From a virus: a stretch of DNA of 64,000 bases. Positions 40,016 through 50,411 of this stretch are shown one piece after another. The DNA lies in the IMG/VR virus record IMGVR_UViG_3300042301_002266, positions 1 to 64,000 of that record. One strand, given 5' to 3'. The position numbers and the translations under genes are program-made. The notes under the pieces were generated by a model, which was not told where the DNA came from, ran no database searches, and worked only from the letters and a program-made list of their open reading frames with translations. Positions within the stretch are counted from its first letter, which is position 1; each line of letters opens with the position of its first letter.

Positions 40016-41222
40016 AGAAGTAGAAGTAATTTCTGCAGTATGTAAGAATAAAGATATTCATGTTTTGTATGAAAACAATATTGACTCAATGCTTAAAAGC
40101 TGTGCAGATGTATGGGATTTTGTTAAAGAATATTACAACGAAACAAAGCAGATTCCAGATAAGGATTTACTTGCAACTAGGTTTCGTGACTTTGAACCAG
40201 TAGATGCTGGACCAACCATTTATCATGTGAATAGACTAAAAGAAACATTTCTTGATGACTCATTAAGAAGTGCTGTTAAGAAAGCTGCTCAACTACTTCA
40301 AGATAATCAATCTTCTAACGCATTGAGTTCTTTAAACTTTGATATTTCTTCTATCTCTAGACTTACTGCAAAGGTAAGAGACATTGATGTAACTGATGTT
40401 GATGATGCACTTGCACACTTTGAAAAGACTCGTCAGGCTGCAAAGAATGGTGACGTAGGAATTAAAACTGGAATTGCTGCTTTTGATATTTGTTTGCCAA
40501 TGGGAATATCAAAGGGACAACTAGGTATCCTCCTTGCATACCCTGCTATTGGTAAGTCATGGATGGCTATGTACCTTGCTGTGAAGGCATGGGAAAATGG
40601 TCGTGTGCCAATGATCTTGTCTCTTGAAATGACAGAGCAAGAAGTTCGTAATCGTATTTTTACAATTGCAGGTGATGGAAAGTTTAGCCATCGTGCAATT
40701 AGTGCTGGTCGTATAGATGAGCAAGAGTTCAAAGACTGGGCAGATAAAAACGTTGTAGGAAAACAGCCATTTAAGATTATTTCAAATGATGGTGGTAGTG
40801 AAGTAACGCCAAACGTTATTAGAGCAAAGATTGATCAGTATAAGCCTGATATTGTATTTATTGATTACTTACAGTTGATGCAAGACAATGCAGGTACAAG
40901 TCAAAACGAGACTGTTAAGATTAAGAATCTATCTAGAGAGCTTAAACTTTTAGCCATATCTGAACAAGTACCTATCATTGCAATTGCCTCTGCGACCCCT
41001 GACGATGCCTCAGACCTTGAATCTGTGCCACAGTTAGGTCAGGTAGCATGGTCTAGACAAATTGCTTATGATGCTGACTGGGTTCTTGCTATGGGTAGAA
41101 AACAAAATTCTGATGCACTTGAATGTGCATTTAGAAAGAATCGCCACGGATTCCTTGGTGACTTTATTATGTTTGCTGATTTTGATAAAGGAAAGTTTGA
41201 GGAAATTGACGATCCTTCATAG
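40002..41222 (+). CDS. dnaB: DnaB-like replicative helicase
   Basis: Walker A AYPAIGKS, SLEM, IDYLQL, SRELK and YDAD. Confidence 0.93.
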   Translation: MGMREEVEVISAVCKNKDIHVLYENNIDSMLKSCADVWDFVKEYYNETKQIPDKDLLATRFRDFEPVDAGPTIYHVNRLKETFLDDSLRSAVKKAAQLLQDNQSSNALSSLNFDISSISRLTAKVRDIDVTDVDDALAHFEKTRQAAKNGDVGIKTGIAAFDICLPMGISKGQLGILLAYPAIGKSWMAMYLAVKAWENGRVPMILSLEMTEQEVRNRIFTIAGDGKFSHRAISAGRIDEQEFKDWADKNVVGKQPFKIISNDGGSEVTPNVIRAKIDQYKPDIVFIDYLQLMQDNAGTSQNETVKIKNLSRELKLLAISEQVPIIAIASATPDDASDLESVPQLGQVAWSRQIAYDADWVLAMGRKQNSDALECAFRKNRHGFLGDFIMFADFDKGKFEEIDDPS

Positions 41223-41246
41223 TCTTTAGTACAATATAATGGATAT

Positions 41247-41582
41247 ATGGAGTTCGCAGGACACAGGAAAATTAAAGACTTTTCAATAGATGGACAGATC
41301 TATGATGATGCTGATTTTCCAAGACTTAGAGCTCAATATGAAATAATTGTTGAAGAATATATGAGAATTAAGGGTTATGTTCCTCATCTTGATTTAGATC
41401 CAGCATTTAGTACAAGTTACAATGGACATTCGTTCGAATTTAAGATAACATGGTACGGTATATATCTAGGAAAGGTAAAAGCTAAATGTTACAAAGGAGT
41501 AGTTGGAAACAAGCTAGTTCCAATGAGTCCTACGACCCAGACCAAATCAGAGAAATCCTCAAAGTCTGTGGAATCGAAGTAG
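41247..41582 (+). CDS. Hypothetical protein
   Basis: Leaderless TATAAT 6 nt upstream. Confidence 0.65.
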   Translation: MEFAGHRKIKDFSIDGQIYDDADFPRLRAQYEIIVEEYMRIKGYVPHLDLDPAFSTSYNGHSFEFKITWYGIYLGKVKAKCYKGVVGNKLVPMSPTTQTKSEKSSKSVESK

Positions 41583-42436
41583 GAACAGAGTTAGACTCTG
41601 ACTATCTAGTATTCTGCCCATTTCACTATAATAAAAATACACCAGCGTGTGAAGTAAGCAAAGAAAAAGGTTTGTTTGTATGCTTCTCTTGTGGTGAGCG
41701 TGGAAACCTATTAGATCTTGTTATGAGAACTACTAATAGAAATTATTTTGAAGCAAGTAGAATTATTTCTTCAGCAGAAAGAAGCATTGACTTCTCTTCT
41801 GTTATTGAAAAAGATATTGAAGTTAAAGAAGAGTTTCAGGAGTTTGACCCTGGAACTGTAACAAGATTACATTCATCCTTAATGCAAGACGAAAGGGCAC
41901 TAAGTTATTTTAATCGTAGAAACATTCTTTCAGATGCAATGAAACACTTTAGGCTTGGATACTCAGAAAAGCAAGATATGGTAACTGTTCCAGTTTATTC
42001 TCACACAAACATATGTGTTGGATTCGTTGGTCGTTCAATTGAAGGAAAGTCTTTTAAGAATTCTACAGGTCTGCCAAGAAACAAAGTTTTGTTTAATCTA
42101 AACAATTGCAAGTTTAAAGATATTGTTATTGTAGAGTCATCTTTTGATGCAATTAGATTATGGCAACTTAACATCCCTGCTGTAGCAACTCTCGGTGCAA
42201 ATTTAGGAAAGAATCAGATTAAGCTTTTAAACAAGTATGCAGTTAGAGTTATACTTGCTATGGATCAAGATGAAGCAGGAATGAAGTTAATGACCAACTT
42301 AAACAATAACTTAACTGTACCAGTCCTGGCAATGGACTTCCCAGATGAAGTAAAAGATATTGGAGATATGACAGATGAGCAAATTTTATCTTCATACAAA
42401 CAAATTAAATCACTTGACTTAGCATTGTCAATCTGA
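41486..42436 (+). CDS. dnaG: DNA primase (CHC2 zinc finger + TOPRIM)
   Basis: CPFH...CFSC, VES.FD, D.D.AG and KDIGD motifs. Confidence 0.9.
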   Translation: MLQRSSWKQASSNESYDPDQIREILKVCGIEVGTELDSDYLVFCPFHYNKNTPACEVSKEKGLFVCFSCGERGNLLDLVMRTTNRNYFEASRIISSAERSIDFSSVIEKDIEVKEEFQEFDPGTVTRLHSSLMQDERALSYFNRRNILSDAMKHFRLGYSEKQDMVTVPVYSHTNICVGFVGRSIEGKSFKNSTGLPRNKVLFNLNNCKFKDIVIVESSFDAIRLWQLNIPAVATLGANLGKNQIKLLNKYAVRVILAMDQDEAGMKLMTNLNNNLTVPVLAMDFPDEVKDIGDMTDEQILSSYKQIKSLDLALSI

Positions 42437-42442
42437 TACAAT
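42414..42442 (+). promoter_or_regulatory. SigA-type promoter of ssb, with a TTGAC-N8-GTCAA inverted repeat over the -35
   Basis: TTGACT-17 nt-TACAAT with TG extension. Confidence 0.65.
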
Positions 42443-42490
42443 GTTTAGACAGGTTCACTTACCGAACCAACTATTAAGGAGAAATATATT

Positions 42491-43147
42491 ATGGCAAGTA
42501 TTACAGGTTTAGCAAATATTAAAAACCTAATTGATCGCCCAAGAAGCGAAAGTGGTCCAAAGGCTCGCTGGCTAAAGCTAGAAGATGGACAGTCCGTTAA
42601 GATTCGTTTTCTTAACGAAGTAGATGCAGATTCAAAAAATTACAATACAGAACGTGGTTTAGCAATTGTATGTGCAGAACATACAAACCCTAAGGACTAT
42701 CGCCGTAAGTGTGTATGCACTATGGACGAAGAAGGTCGCTGTTATGGTTGTGAGATGAACCGCCGTGATCCAAAAGCAGGATGGAAAGCTCGTCTTCGCT
42801 ACTACACAAACGTGTTGGTAGACGAGGGTACTGATGAACCATACGTTGCTATTTGGTCTCAAGGCGTTGGTCCAAAGTCACCAACAACAACAACAATTGT
42901 TGAATATGCTGGTGATACAGGGTCAATCACAAATGTCATTTGGAGATTAAAGCGAACAGGAACTGGAACACAAACCAGTTACTCCCTATTCCCACTAACT
43001 ACAGATGAGTCACCATTTGATTTTAAGGGTCTTGACCTTTACAATCTTGATGAAACTGCTGTACGTCAAGTAAAGTATTCAGACCAAGAAGCATTCTTCA
43101 TGGGTCTTGATGCAGACGTAAATGCAAGTGCATCAGTTGACTGGTAA
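42491..43147 (+). CDS. Single-stranded DNA-binding protein (gp32-like, Zn-binding)
   Basis: WLKL.DG.S.KIRF, Cys cluster, R.GTG..TSY, acidic/aromatic C-terminus; sits between primase and polymerase. Confidence 0.75.
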   Translation: MASITGLANIKNLIDRPRSESGPKARWLKLEDGQSVKIRFLNEVDADSKNYNTERGLAIVCAEHTNPKDYRRKCVCTMDEEGRCYGCEMNRRDPKAGWKARLRYYTNVLVDEGTDEPYVAIWSQGVGPKSPTTTTIVEYAGDTGSITNVIWRLKRTGTGTQTSYSLFPLTTDESPFDFKGLDLYNLDETAVRQVKYSDQEAFFMGLDADVNASASVDW

Positions 43148-43154
43148 AAGTTAG

Positions 43155-43200
43155 TTGACAATCGTGAGGGTGATGGGCTATAATTGCTTGTCACCCTCAC
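43155..43200 (+). promoter_or_regulatory. dnaE promoter embedded in an inverted repeat
   Basis: TTGACA-18 nt-TATAAT. The -10 lies in the loop of GTGAGGGTGA...TCACCCTCAC. Confidence 0.65.
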
Positions 43201-43219
43201 TCATTATTATTGGAGAAAA

Positions 43220-46200
43220 ATGTATCACAATCACCACTCGCACTCATACTATAGTTTGCTAGATGGTTTCTCCTCACCAGAAGAACTTCTGAAACGTGCA
43301 GAAGAGGTGGGGATGACAGCCCTATCGCTCACAGACCACGGAACACTTAGTGGTCATAGAGACTTTCTTATTGCTGCCAAAGACACAAAGGTAAAACCAA
43401 TTCTTGGTCTTGAGGCATACTTTACACCTGACCGTTTAGACAAAAGAGCAAAGAAAGATCGTGGAGCAGAAGATCAAATCTATAACCACTTAATTGTTCT
43501 TGCACAAAATGAAAATGGTTTACAGAACTTATCTAAGCTATCTGAAATTGGTTGGAACGAAGGCTTCTTTTCTAAGCCTAGAATTGACTTTGATGTCCTA
43601 GAAAAGTATTCATCAGACTTGGTAATTGTCTCTGGATGTATGAATGGTATTATTGCTAAGGCAATTCAAAATGGCAACATGGAGATGGCTAAGAAGCACA
43701 CAGCGTGGTTTAAAGAGGTGTTTGGAGATAACTTCTACATGGAGTTGCAGCCTCATAATCCTGCAGAACTAAATCATCAAATGTTAGAACTAGCAGACAA
43801 CATGGGTATCAAGAGTACAGTAACACTTGATTGCCACTATGCTTCTCCAGAGGATCGGATAGCAGAAGAAATTATGCTTATCCTTGGAACACACCCAAAC
43901 ATTCGCAAAGAAGCAAAGTTTGAAGATAGCCGTAAGATTAAAGACCTTATTGAAAGATTAGATTATCTTTATGGAGATCGCTTTATGTCATTCAAGGACT
44001 TAGACATTTTCCTTATGGGTCATAAAGATGTTAAAGACTTAATGATTGATCAAGGAATTGATCGTGATGATTTATATGAAAACTCAGTTGAGATTTCTGA
44101 AAAGATTGGCTCCTATGACTTTAAAGAAAATCTTGATTTGCTTCCTGCTGAATACAAAGATCCAGATTACGAACTTGAGCAGTTAGCACTTACAGGTCTT
44201 GCCAAGCGTGGGTTTGCAGACAATGAAGAATACCTTGCAAGACTAAATGAAGAATTAGATATTATTAAGTCAAAGAACTTCTCATCTTACTTTATTGTTG
44301 TAGGCAATATGATTAACTGGTCAAAAGATAATAACATCTTAGTTGGTCCAGGTCGTGGATCAGCAGCAGGTTCTTTAGTTTGTTATGCACTAGGAATTAC
44401 AGAAGTAGACCCAATTAAGTATGGCTTACTATTCTTCCGTTTTATTAATCCAGAACGTAATGACTTTCCAGATATTGATACAGACTATGAAGATCGTAAG
44501 CGTGGTCAAGTTAAAGAATATCTTTCTGACCAATACACTCACGTTGCATCTATCGCAACATTCTTAACATTCAAAGATAAGGGTGTTGTAAGAGACGTTG
44601 CTAGAGCTTTTCACGTTCCTTTGCCTGAGGTTAACAAGGCACTTAAAGGTGTTGAAACTTGGGATGAGTTTATGACAGCATCAGCATGTAAAGAGTTCCG
44701 TGAAAAATATCCAGAGGTCGTAAAGTATGCTGAAAGACTTCGTGGTCGTATTCGTGGAACAGGAATGCATGCAGCTGGTATTGTAGCCTCTAAGGATGAA
44801 ATCTGGCGTTATGCTCCAATGGAAACTCGTAAAGATACTCAGTCTGATGAAAGAGTACAGGTAGTTGCTGTTGATATGGAACAGGCTGCAGATATTGGTT
44901 TGATTAAAATTGATGCACTTGGTCTAAAAACTTTAACAGTAATTCACGATACATTAGATATTATTGTAGAGCGTAAAAAGAAGAAAGTTAATTTGCGTGA
45001 AATTCCTCTTGATGATAAAGAAGTTTATGCAGACCTAACAGCAGGGTTTACTCAGGGTGTATTCCAAGCAGAAGCAGTACCATATACAAACCTTTTGATT
45101 AAGATGGGTGTCTATAACTTTGACGAACTTGCTGCATCTAACGCACTAGTTAGACCAGGTGCCATGAATACTATTGGTGCAGAATACATTAAGCGTAAAA
45201 AGGGTAAGGCTCCAGTTAACTATGTACACGAAATTGTAAAAGACTTTACAAAGGATACCTATGGCTGTATCTTATATCAGGAACAAGTCATGCTTGCCTG
45301 TGTGCATCTTGGTGGCATGTCTATGGCAGAAGCTGACAAGGTAAGAAAGATTATTGGTAAGAAAAAAGATGCTCGTGAGTTTGATCAGTACAAGGAACAG
45401 TTCGTTACTGGTGCCTCAAAGCATATTGAAAAGAAGCAAGCAGAAAAGTTATGGCATGACTTTGAAGCACACGCAGGATACTCATTTAATAAATCACATG
45501 CTGTGGCTTACTCAATGTTATCTTACTGGACGGCTTGGTTAAAGAAATATTATCCACACGAATTTATGTATTCTCTTCTTAAGAATGAAAAGGATAAGGA
45601 TACTCGTACAGACTACCTGATTGAAGCAAAGCGTATGGGTATATCTATTAGACTTCCACATATTAACGAGTCTGACATTGACTTTTCCCTGGACGGAGAT
45701 GCTATACGATTTGGACTTGGCAACATTAAGTTTATTTCAGAAAACATTGGTAGCAAGATTATCGCTGAAAGACCATTTAGCAGTTATCAACAGTTTAAGG
45801 AATTTGTAACGGCTAAAGGTTCTGGAGTAAACAACAGAGCAGTAGAATCATTAAATAAGGTTGGTGCTGCAGCGTTTACGGATAATCCAAGAATTGGTGA
45901 TGAGAAGGATAACTATTATGAGTACCTTAACATTCCTGAGTTTACTAGTGACATGCCAAGATGGGTTGAAGCTTATGCAAGACCACTTGAAGAATACTCA
46001 GAAGAGGGTTCCTTCCTTGTAATGGCTATGGTAAAATCTATTAAGCGTGGTGACGGCTGGAGCAGAATTGAGATTGTAGACAAAACAGGTTCGGTTGGTA
46101 TCTTTGATAGATCAGATACAGTAATTGAACCAGGAAAGATCTACATATTCTTAGTTGCAGATAATCGAATTGGAGCATATGCAACTGCAGAAAACATGAA

Positions 46201-46480
46201 GGACCTAAGTGATCCATTTATTAAATATATACAGGCTAAGACAATGACTCTTGCTGACAATGAGCTATACACAATTAGTTTTATTCCAAGAAAAACAAAG
46301 AGTGGTCAGAAAATGGCTAATGCAGTATTAGCAGATAGAGATAAAGAGTTATATTCTCTTGTAATTTTCCCTAATATGTATGCAACTGCATTAATTAATA
46401 TGAAGCCAGGTACACATTGCAAGCCAGTATTACAAACAACAACATCAGGAAGCGTAACAGTAAAGGAGTTTGAAAGATGA
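43220..46480 (+). CDS. dnaE: DNA polymerase III alpha subunit (family C)
   Basis: PHP domain HSYYSLLDG/TDHG, GRGSAAGS, PDIDTD, GLIKIDALGL and YSFNKSHA. Confidence 0.95.
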   Translation: MYHNHHSHSYYSLLDGFSSPEELLKRAEEVGMTALSLTDHGTLSGHRDFLIAAKDTKVKPILGLEAYFTPDRLDKRAKKDRGAEDQIYNHLIVLAQNENGLQNLSKLSEIGWNEGFFSKPRIDFDVLEKYSSDLVIVSGCMNGIIAKAIQNGNMEMAKKHTAWFKEVFGDNFYMELQPHNPAELNHQMLELADNMGIKSTVTLDCHYASPEDRIAEEIMLILGTHPNIRKEAKFEDSRKIKDLIERLDYLYGDRFMSFKDLDIFLMGHKDVKDLMIDQGIDRDDLYENSVEISEKIGSYDFKENLDLLPAEYKDPDYELEQLALTGLAKRGFADNEEYLARLNEELDIIKSKNFSSYFIVVGNMINWSKDNNILVGPGRGSAAGSLVCYALGITEVDPIKYGLLFFRFINPERNDFPDIDTDYEDRKRGQVKEYLSDQYTHVASIATFLTFKDKGVVRDVARAFHVPLPEVNKALKGVETWDEFMTASACKEFREKYPEVVKYAERLRGRIRGTGMHAAGIVASKDEIWRYAPMETRKDTQSDERVQVVAVDMEQAADIGLIKIDALGLKTLTVIHDTLDIIVERKKKKVNLREIPLDDKEVYADLTAGFTQGVFQAEAVPYTNLLIKMGVYNFDELAASNALVRPGAMNTIGAEYIKRKKGKAPVNYVHEIVKDFTKDTYGCILYQEQVMLACVHLGGMSMAEADKVRKIIGKKKDAREFDQYKEQFVTGASKHIEKKQAEKLWHDFEAHAGYSFNKSHAVAYSMLSYWTAWLKKYYPHEFMYSLLKNEKDKDTRTDYLIEAKRMGISIRLPHINESDIDFSLDGDAIRFGLGNIKFISENIGSKIIAERPFSSYQQFKEFVTAKGSGVNNRAVESLNKVGAAAFTDNPRIGDEKDNYYEYLNIPEFTSDMPRWVEAYARPLEEYSEEGSFLVMAMVKSIKRGDGWSRIEIVDKTGSVGIFDRSDTVIEPGKIYIFLVADNRIGAYATAENMKDLSDPFIKYIQAKTMTLADNELYTISFIPRKTKSGQKMANAVLADRDKELYSLVIFPNMYATALINMKPGTHCKPVLQTTTSGSVTVKEFER

Positions 46481-46821
46481 ATCTAGATAATTTAGCAAAA
46501 GAAATTCATAAGAATGCAACAGAAAAAGGTTTTTGGGACTACATGTACTCAAATGCTGAACCAGTAGGAGATACATTTATCTTTTTTGGAAAGCAACTTG
46601 CAATGATTCATTCTGAAGTTACAGAAGTGCTTGAGGCTCTTCGTAAGCAAAAAGGTGAGCAAGAGGTAGTTGAAGAACTTGCTGACATTTTAATCCGTGT
46701 TCTTGATCTTTATGAGGGACTAAGAATGCATGGAGATGTAAAGGACTCTCTAGAAGATACTTTAATGAAGAAGATTAATATTAATACAGAACGCCCAAAA
46801 ATGCATGGCGTACTGGGATGA
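46477..46821 (+). CDS. MazG-like nucleotide pyrophosphohydrolase
   Basis: HSEVTEVLEA...EELADILIR. Confidence 0.8.
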   Translation: MNLDNLAKEIHKNATEKGFWDYMYSNAEPVGDTFIFFGKQLAMIHSEVTEVLEALRKQKGEQEVVEELADILIRVLDLYEGLRMHGDVKDSLEDTLMKKININTERPKMHGVLG

Positions 46822-46833
46822 TATAATAGACAG

Positions 46834-47112
46834 ATGAAAATAAGAGGATATCTTCTAGAAGGAGTAAATGAAGAATTACTACTTGTAATTAGAGGATACG
46901 ATGAAGAGCAAATGTATTCTATTATTAAAAAATTAGAATCTATGCGTGATCAAGAAGTAAAAGAATTAGCGGAAGTATTGGAGAATCATTTAAATGACCG
47001 AATTAGCAATGGAAGAAATTCTGTCAAAGCTAGACCCCAAAACAAGAAAAAGGGTTCAGGCAGCAACAGAAGTAGAAATAGAAAAACAATCAACACCAAG
47101 CCTCAGTCTTAA
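46834..47112 (+). CDS. Hypothetical protein
   Basis: Leaderless TGATATAAT promoter; overlaps the recA start. Confidence 0.55.
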   Translation: MKIRGYLLEGVNEELLLVIRGYDEEQMYSIIKKLESMRDQEVKELAEVLENHLNDRISNGRNSVKARPQNKKKGSGSNRSRNRKTINTKPQS

Positions 47113-48001
47113 CGTTGGACTAAAGGGTGGTTTTGGATATGGACGGCAGATCCTAGTATGGGGAAACAAGTCTGCTGGTAAATCATCTTTTTGTTTACAG
47201 ATGATTGGTGAAGCACAAAAAGCTGGAAAGACATGTGCGTGGATTGACTCTGAAGCATCATACTCTCCAGAGTGGGCAGAAAAACTAGGAGTAGATTCTA
47301 GCAAGTTAATTTACTCTTCTGCTAAAACAATTAATGACATGGTAGACGTTTCAGTAGACTTAATGAAAGCTGGAGTAGACATTCTTGTTGTTGATTCAAT
47401 TTCTGCATTACTTCCTGCTATCTATTTTGAAAAAGATGGTAACGAACTAAAAGACTTGCAGGATACTAAGCAAATTGGTGCAGAAGCAAAAGATATGACT
47501 CACGCAGTCAAAATGCTTAACTATGTAAATGAAAATACCTTGCTTGTTTTAATTTCACAGCAACGTAATAGTTTTGGTGGAATGCATGCAACTCACATCC
47601 CCACTGGTGGTATGGCTGTAAAGTTCTTTTCATCAACAATTGTAAAATTATGGTCATCAGAATCCGAAGCAAGTTCTATCAAAGACAAAGTATCTGTTGG
47701 AGATAGACTAATTGAACAGCGTGTTGGTCGTCCAGTAAATTGGACAATTGATTACAATAAGACAGGACCACAATTTATTAGTGGATCGTATGACTTCTAT
47801 TTCCAGGGAGACCATGTTGGTGTAGATAAGGTTGCAGACCTTGTTGATACAGCAGAGCTTATGGGAATCATTGAACGTGGTGGTGCTTGGTATACCGTAC
47901 TAGACCAGAGACTGCAGGGTCGTGCAAAGGTTGTTGAGTATGTAAGAGAAAACCAAGAAGTGTTTGATACTTTAGAGTCACAGGTATATTCAAAGCTATG
48001 A
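46994..48001 (+). CDS. recA: RecA-like recombinase
   Basis: GNKSAGKS, WIDSE, VVDSI, PTGG.A.KF and GGAWY. Confidence 0.93.
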   Translation: MTELAMEEILSKLDPKTRKRVQAATEVEIEKQSTPSLSLNVGLKGGFGYGRQILVWGNKSAGKSSFCLQMIGEAQKAGKTCAWIDSEASYSPEWAEKLGVDSSKLIYSSAKTINDMVDVSVDLMKAGVDILVVDSISALLPAIYFEKDGNELKDLQDTKQIGAEAKDMTHAVKMLNYVNENTLLVLISQQRNSFGGMHATHIPTGGMAVKFFSSTIVKLWSSESEASSIKDKVSVGDRLIEQRVGRPVNWTIDYNKTGPQFISGSYDFYFQGDHVGVDKVADLVDTAELMGIIERGGAWYTVLDQRLQGRAKVVEYVRENQEVFDTLESQVYSKL

Positions 48002-48183
48002 GTATAAATCCAGAAGACTTTATTAAGTTAAAAAAGAATGATGAATCAGAAGGACTAAAGGTAACTGGAACATTTGTTTGCCAAATCTGCATGGAGTCAA
48101 TTGGATTTGCTGTTCTTAATGAAGATGAAATGGTTCTTAAGTATACTTGTGCTGCAGGTCATAACAATGAGGCAAAGCTATGA
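47998..48183 (+). CDS. Small Zn-binding protein
   Basis: CQIC...C..GH; ATGA coupling. Confidence 0.6.
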   Translation: MSINPEDFIKLKKNDESEGLKVTGTFVCQICMESIGFAVLNEDEMVLKYTCAAGHNNEAKL

Positions 48184-48485
48184 GTGAAGCAGGAGAACTA
48201 AAAAGAATAGGTGCTAAAGCACACAAGAACTCTGGTCGTGGTCAGTATCAAAAAGGTGATGGGTCATGGGAAGAGTTTATTGTAGATGTAAAAGAGGCAG
48301 GTAAAAGCTTTACACTGAATGAAAATGTCTGGTCTAAGATTGTTACAGATACCTTAAGAACAGATATGAATAAATCACCAGCGTTACTCTTATCAATTGG
48401 TGAGAAAAGAAAGATAAGATTAGCAGTCATTGAATGGGCTGCTCTAGAAGATTTAATGGAGAGAGCAAATGGAATCAACACTTGA
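48180..48485 (+). CDS. PD-(D/E)XK nuclease, Holliday junction resolvase-like
   Basis: NSG...KGD...VDVKE...SF motif. Confidence 0.65.
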   Translation: MSEAGELKRIGAKAHKNSGRGQYQKGDGSWEEFIVDVKEAGKSFTLNENVWSKIVTDTLRTDMNKSPALLLSIGEKRKIRLAVIEWAALEDLMERANGINT

Positions 48486-48804
48486 TTATATTAACCAAGT
48501 AACAGAGTTTAATGACATTCATGAGTTTATGAATGATCCAGAACTTGATGAAGCAATGGCAATTATTGTTAAGATTATGATGAAGCCAGATATTCCATCT
48601 GTTCAGGCAGTAGCCCTAATTGGCAAACTACAAGCAATGAGTGTTAAGTTTGCTGTACTTGCAACATACTATACAACGGTAGCAAAAGGTCCATCTGGAA
48701 GCATTAATAACACAAAGAAAAACGTTTACTATACAATGAAAGATAGTCTTGATAAAATGGTAGATGCATTGAAGTATGTAGCAAGATATAACTTAGGAGC
48801 ATAA
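48469..48804 (+). CDS. Hypothetical helical protein
   Basis: Coupled ORF in the recombination block. Confidence 0.6.
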   Translation: MESTLDYINQVTEFNDIHEFMNDPELDEAMAIIVKIMMKPDIPSVQAVALIGKLQAMSVKFAVLATYYTTVAKGPSGSINNTKKNVYYTMKDSLDKMVDALKYVARYNLGA

Positions 48805-49580
48805 TGGCAAAGAATTTAATTAAAACACTAACAACAAAACCAAGAAACACAAAGGTAGATGCTAAAAAGCTTCGTCTTGCAATCGGTAAGTCTTATCTAC
48901 AGGGTAAGAATGGAACAGATTTTAAGAAAAAGAAAACCTTCTCACCATCCACAGTTGGTTATGGGTATGGTACTTGTGCCAGATACTGGAGCCTAGCGTT
49001 TACTGGAACTGAATTTAAAGATAGTTTTAATGCTCAGGGTATGGCTGCAATGAATGCAGGTACACAGGCTCATGAGCGTATTCAGGGTGCAATGGAAAAG
49101 GCTGGACTAGTTAAAGAACTAGAACGTGAAATTAAGTCAGTCAATCCACCAATTCGTGGGTTTGCAGATATTATCATGGAAATAGATGGCGAAGAAGTTG
49201 TAGGAGAGATTAAAACAATAAAGGCAGAAAGTTTTGATATTCGTAAAGACACATCAACTGGAGCAGACAGCCACGTTGTACAGCTTTTAATTTATATGAA
49301 AGTTCTAGGATTGGAAGAAGGATTCTTCTTGTATGAGAATAAGAATTCACATGAGATTGCAGTAATTCCAATTGTAATGTCTGAAGAAAATAAAGTTTAT
49401 GCTGATTACATCTTTGACTGGATGAAAGAAGTATATCAGGCTTGGGTAGATGGTAAAAACATTAAAAGACCATTTAAAGAAAATGCATTCCCTTGCACAT
49501 ACTGCCCAATCAAGGATTCTTGCTGGTCAAAACCAGATGGTAGAACTAAAATTGATTCATTAAAGGTACGCAGTCAATGA
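48804..49580 (+). CDS. Cas4-like PD-(D/E)XK exonuclease
   Basis: SPS...C, GT..HE, G.AD...EIKT, QL..Y and C-terminal CxxC-x5-C Fe-S ligands. Confidence 0.85.
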   Translation: MAKNLIKTLTTKPRNTKVDAKKLRLAIGKSYLQGKNGTDFKKKKTFSPSTVGYGYGTCARYWSLAFTGTEFKDSFNAQGMAAMNAGTQAHERIQGAMEKAGLVKELEREIKSVNPPIRGFADIIMEIDGEEVVGEIKTIKAESFDIRKDTSTGADSHVVQLLIYMKVLGLEEGFFLYENKNSHEIAVIPIVMSEENKVYADYIFDWMKEVYQAWVDGKNIKRPFKENAFPCTYCPIKDSCWSKPDGRTKIDSLKVRSQ

Positions 49581-49879
49581 TCAAAGCTTGTATTGAATGT
49601 GGAAATGATTTTGAGTTTAAGACTCATAATCAAAAGTATTGTTCTCAAACATGCTGCAGAATTTCTACAAACAAAAGAATTATGGAAAAGTATTATGCAA
49701 AAAAGGAAAGGCTTGCAGGTAAGCAAAGACTTTGTTCCTGTGGATCAACCCTAAGTATGCATAATCCAGATTCTATATGTGTTCTTTGCCAAAATAAAAA
49801 GAAAAGAGAAAGAGCAAATACCGCTAAGGAGGCAATAAAGAATGCAATTGTCAAAACTTCTAAAACAAAAAGCAGATAG
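49577..49879 (+). CDS. Zinc-ribbon protein
   Basis: Multiple CxxC motifs and YCS..C. Confidence 0.65.
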   Translation: MIKACIECGNDFEFKTHNQKYCSQTCCRISTNKRIMEKYYAKKERLAGKQRLCSCGSTLSMHNPDSICVLCQNKKKRERANTAKEAIKNAIVKTSKTKSR

Positions 49880-50411
49880 AGTACTTGGAATAGATGCCTC
49901 AACTGCCTCTGTTGCATTTTGTTTGTTTGAAGATGGAGTGCCAACTAAGATGGGCAAGCTTCCAATAGTCGGAACAGATATCTATGAAAAGATTAAAGAT
50001 GCCAATAATAAGGCAAAAGCAATCCATAAGCTTTGTAATCCTGAGTATGTCGCTGTTGAGTCTGCTATAATGGTCAGATCTGCAGATGCAGGTCTAAAGA
50101 TTGCTATGATTGTAGGTGCTATCTTGTCTGTAATTCTAAAGCCACAGACTAAAGTGGTCACAGTTGCACCCATTTCTTGGCAGTCCCATATTGGCAATAA
50201 AAACTTTACTAATGCAGAAAAGATGCAGGTACAAAAAGATTTCCCTGGAAAGTCAGCATCTTGGTATAAGAATAAGATCAGAGAAATAAGAAAACAAAGA
50301 ACAATGGATTTCTTCAATGATAAGTTTGGTACATCAATTTCAGACAATGATGTGGGAGATGCTACAGGAATAGCCTATTATGCATATAAAACGCTTACGG
50401 AGCGTCTGTGA
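49842..50411 (+). CDS. ruvC: RuvC-like Holliday junction resolvase
   Basis: LGIDAS, VAVE, P.SW and D..DA.GIA. Confidence 0.82.
   Translation: MQLSKLLKQKADRVLGIDASTASVAFCLFEDGVPTKMGKLPIVGTDIYEKIKDANNKAKAIHKLCNPEYVAVESAIMVRSADAGLKIAMIVGAILSVILKPQTKVVTVAPISWQSHIGNKNFTNAEKMQVQKDFPGKSASWYKNKIREIRKQRTMDFFNDKFGTSISDNDVGDATGIAYYAYKTLTERL

Noticed and set aside
48804-49580. Cas4 as evidence of a CRISPR system
   Set aside because: No repeat-spacer array or other cas genes seen; solo Cas4-like nucleases are routine in phage recombination modules.
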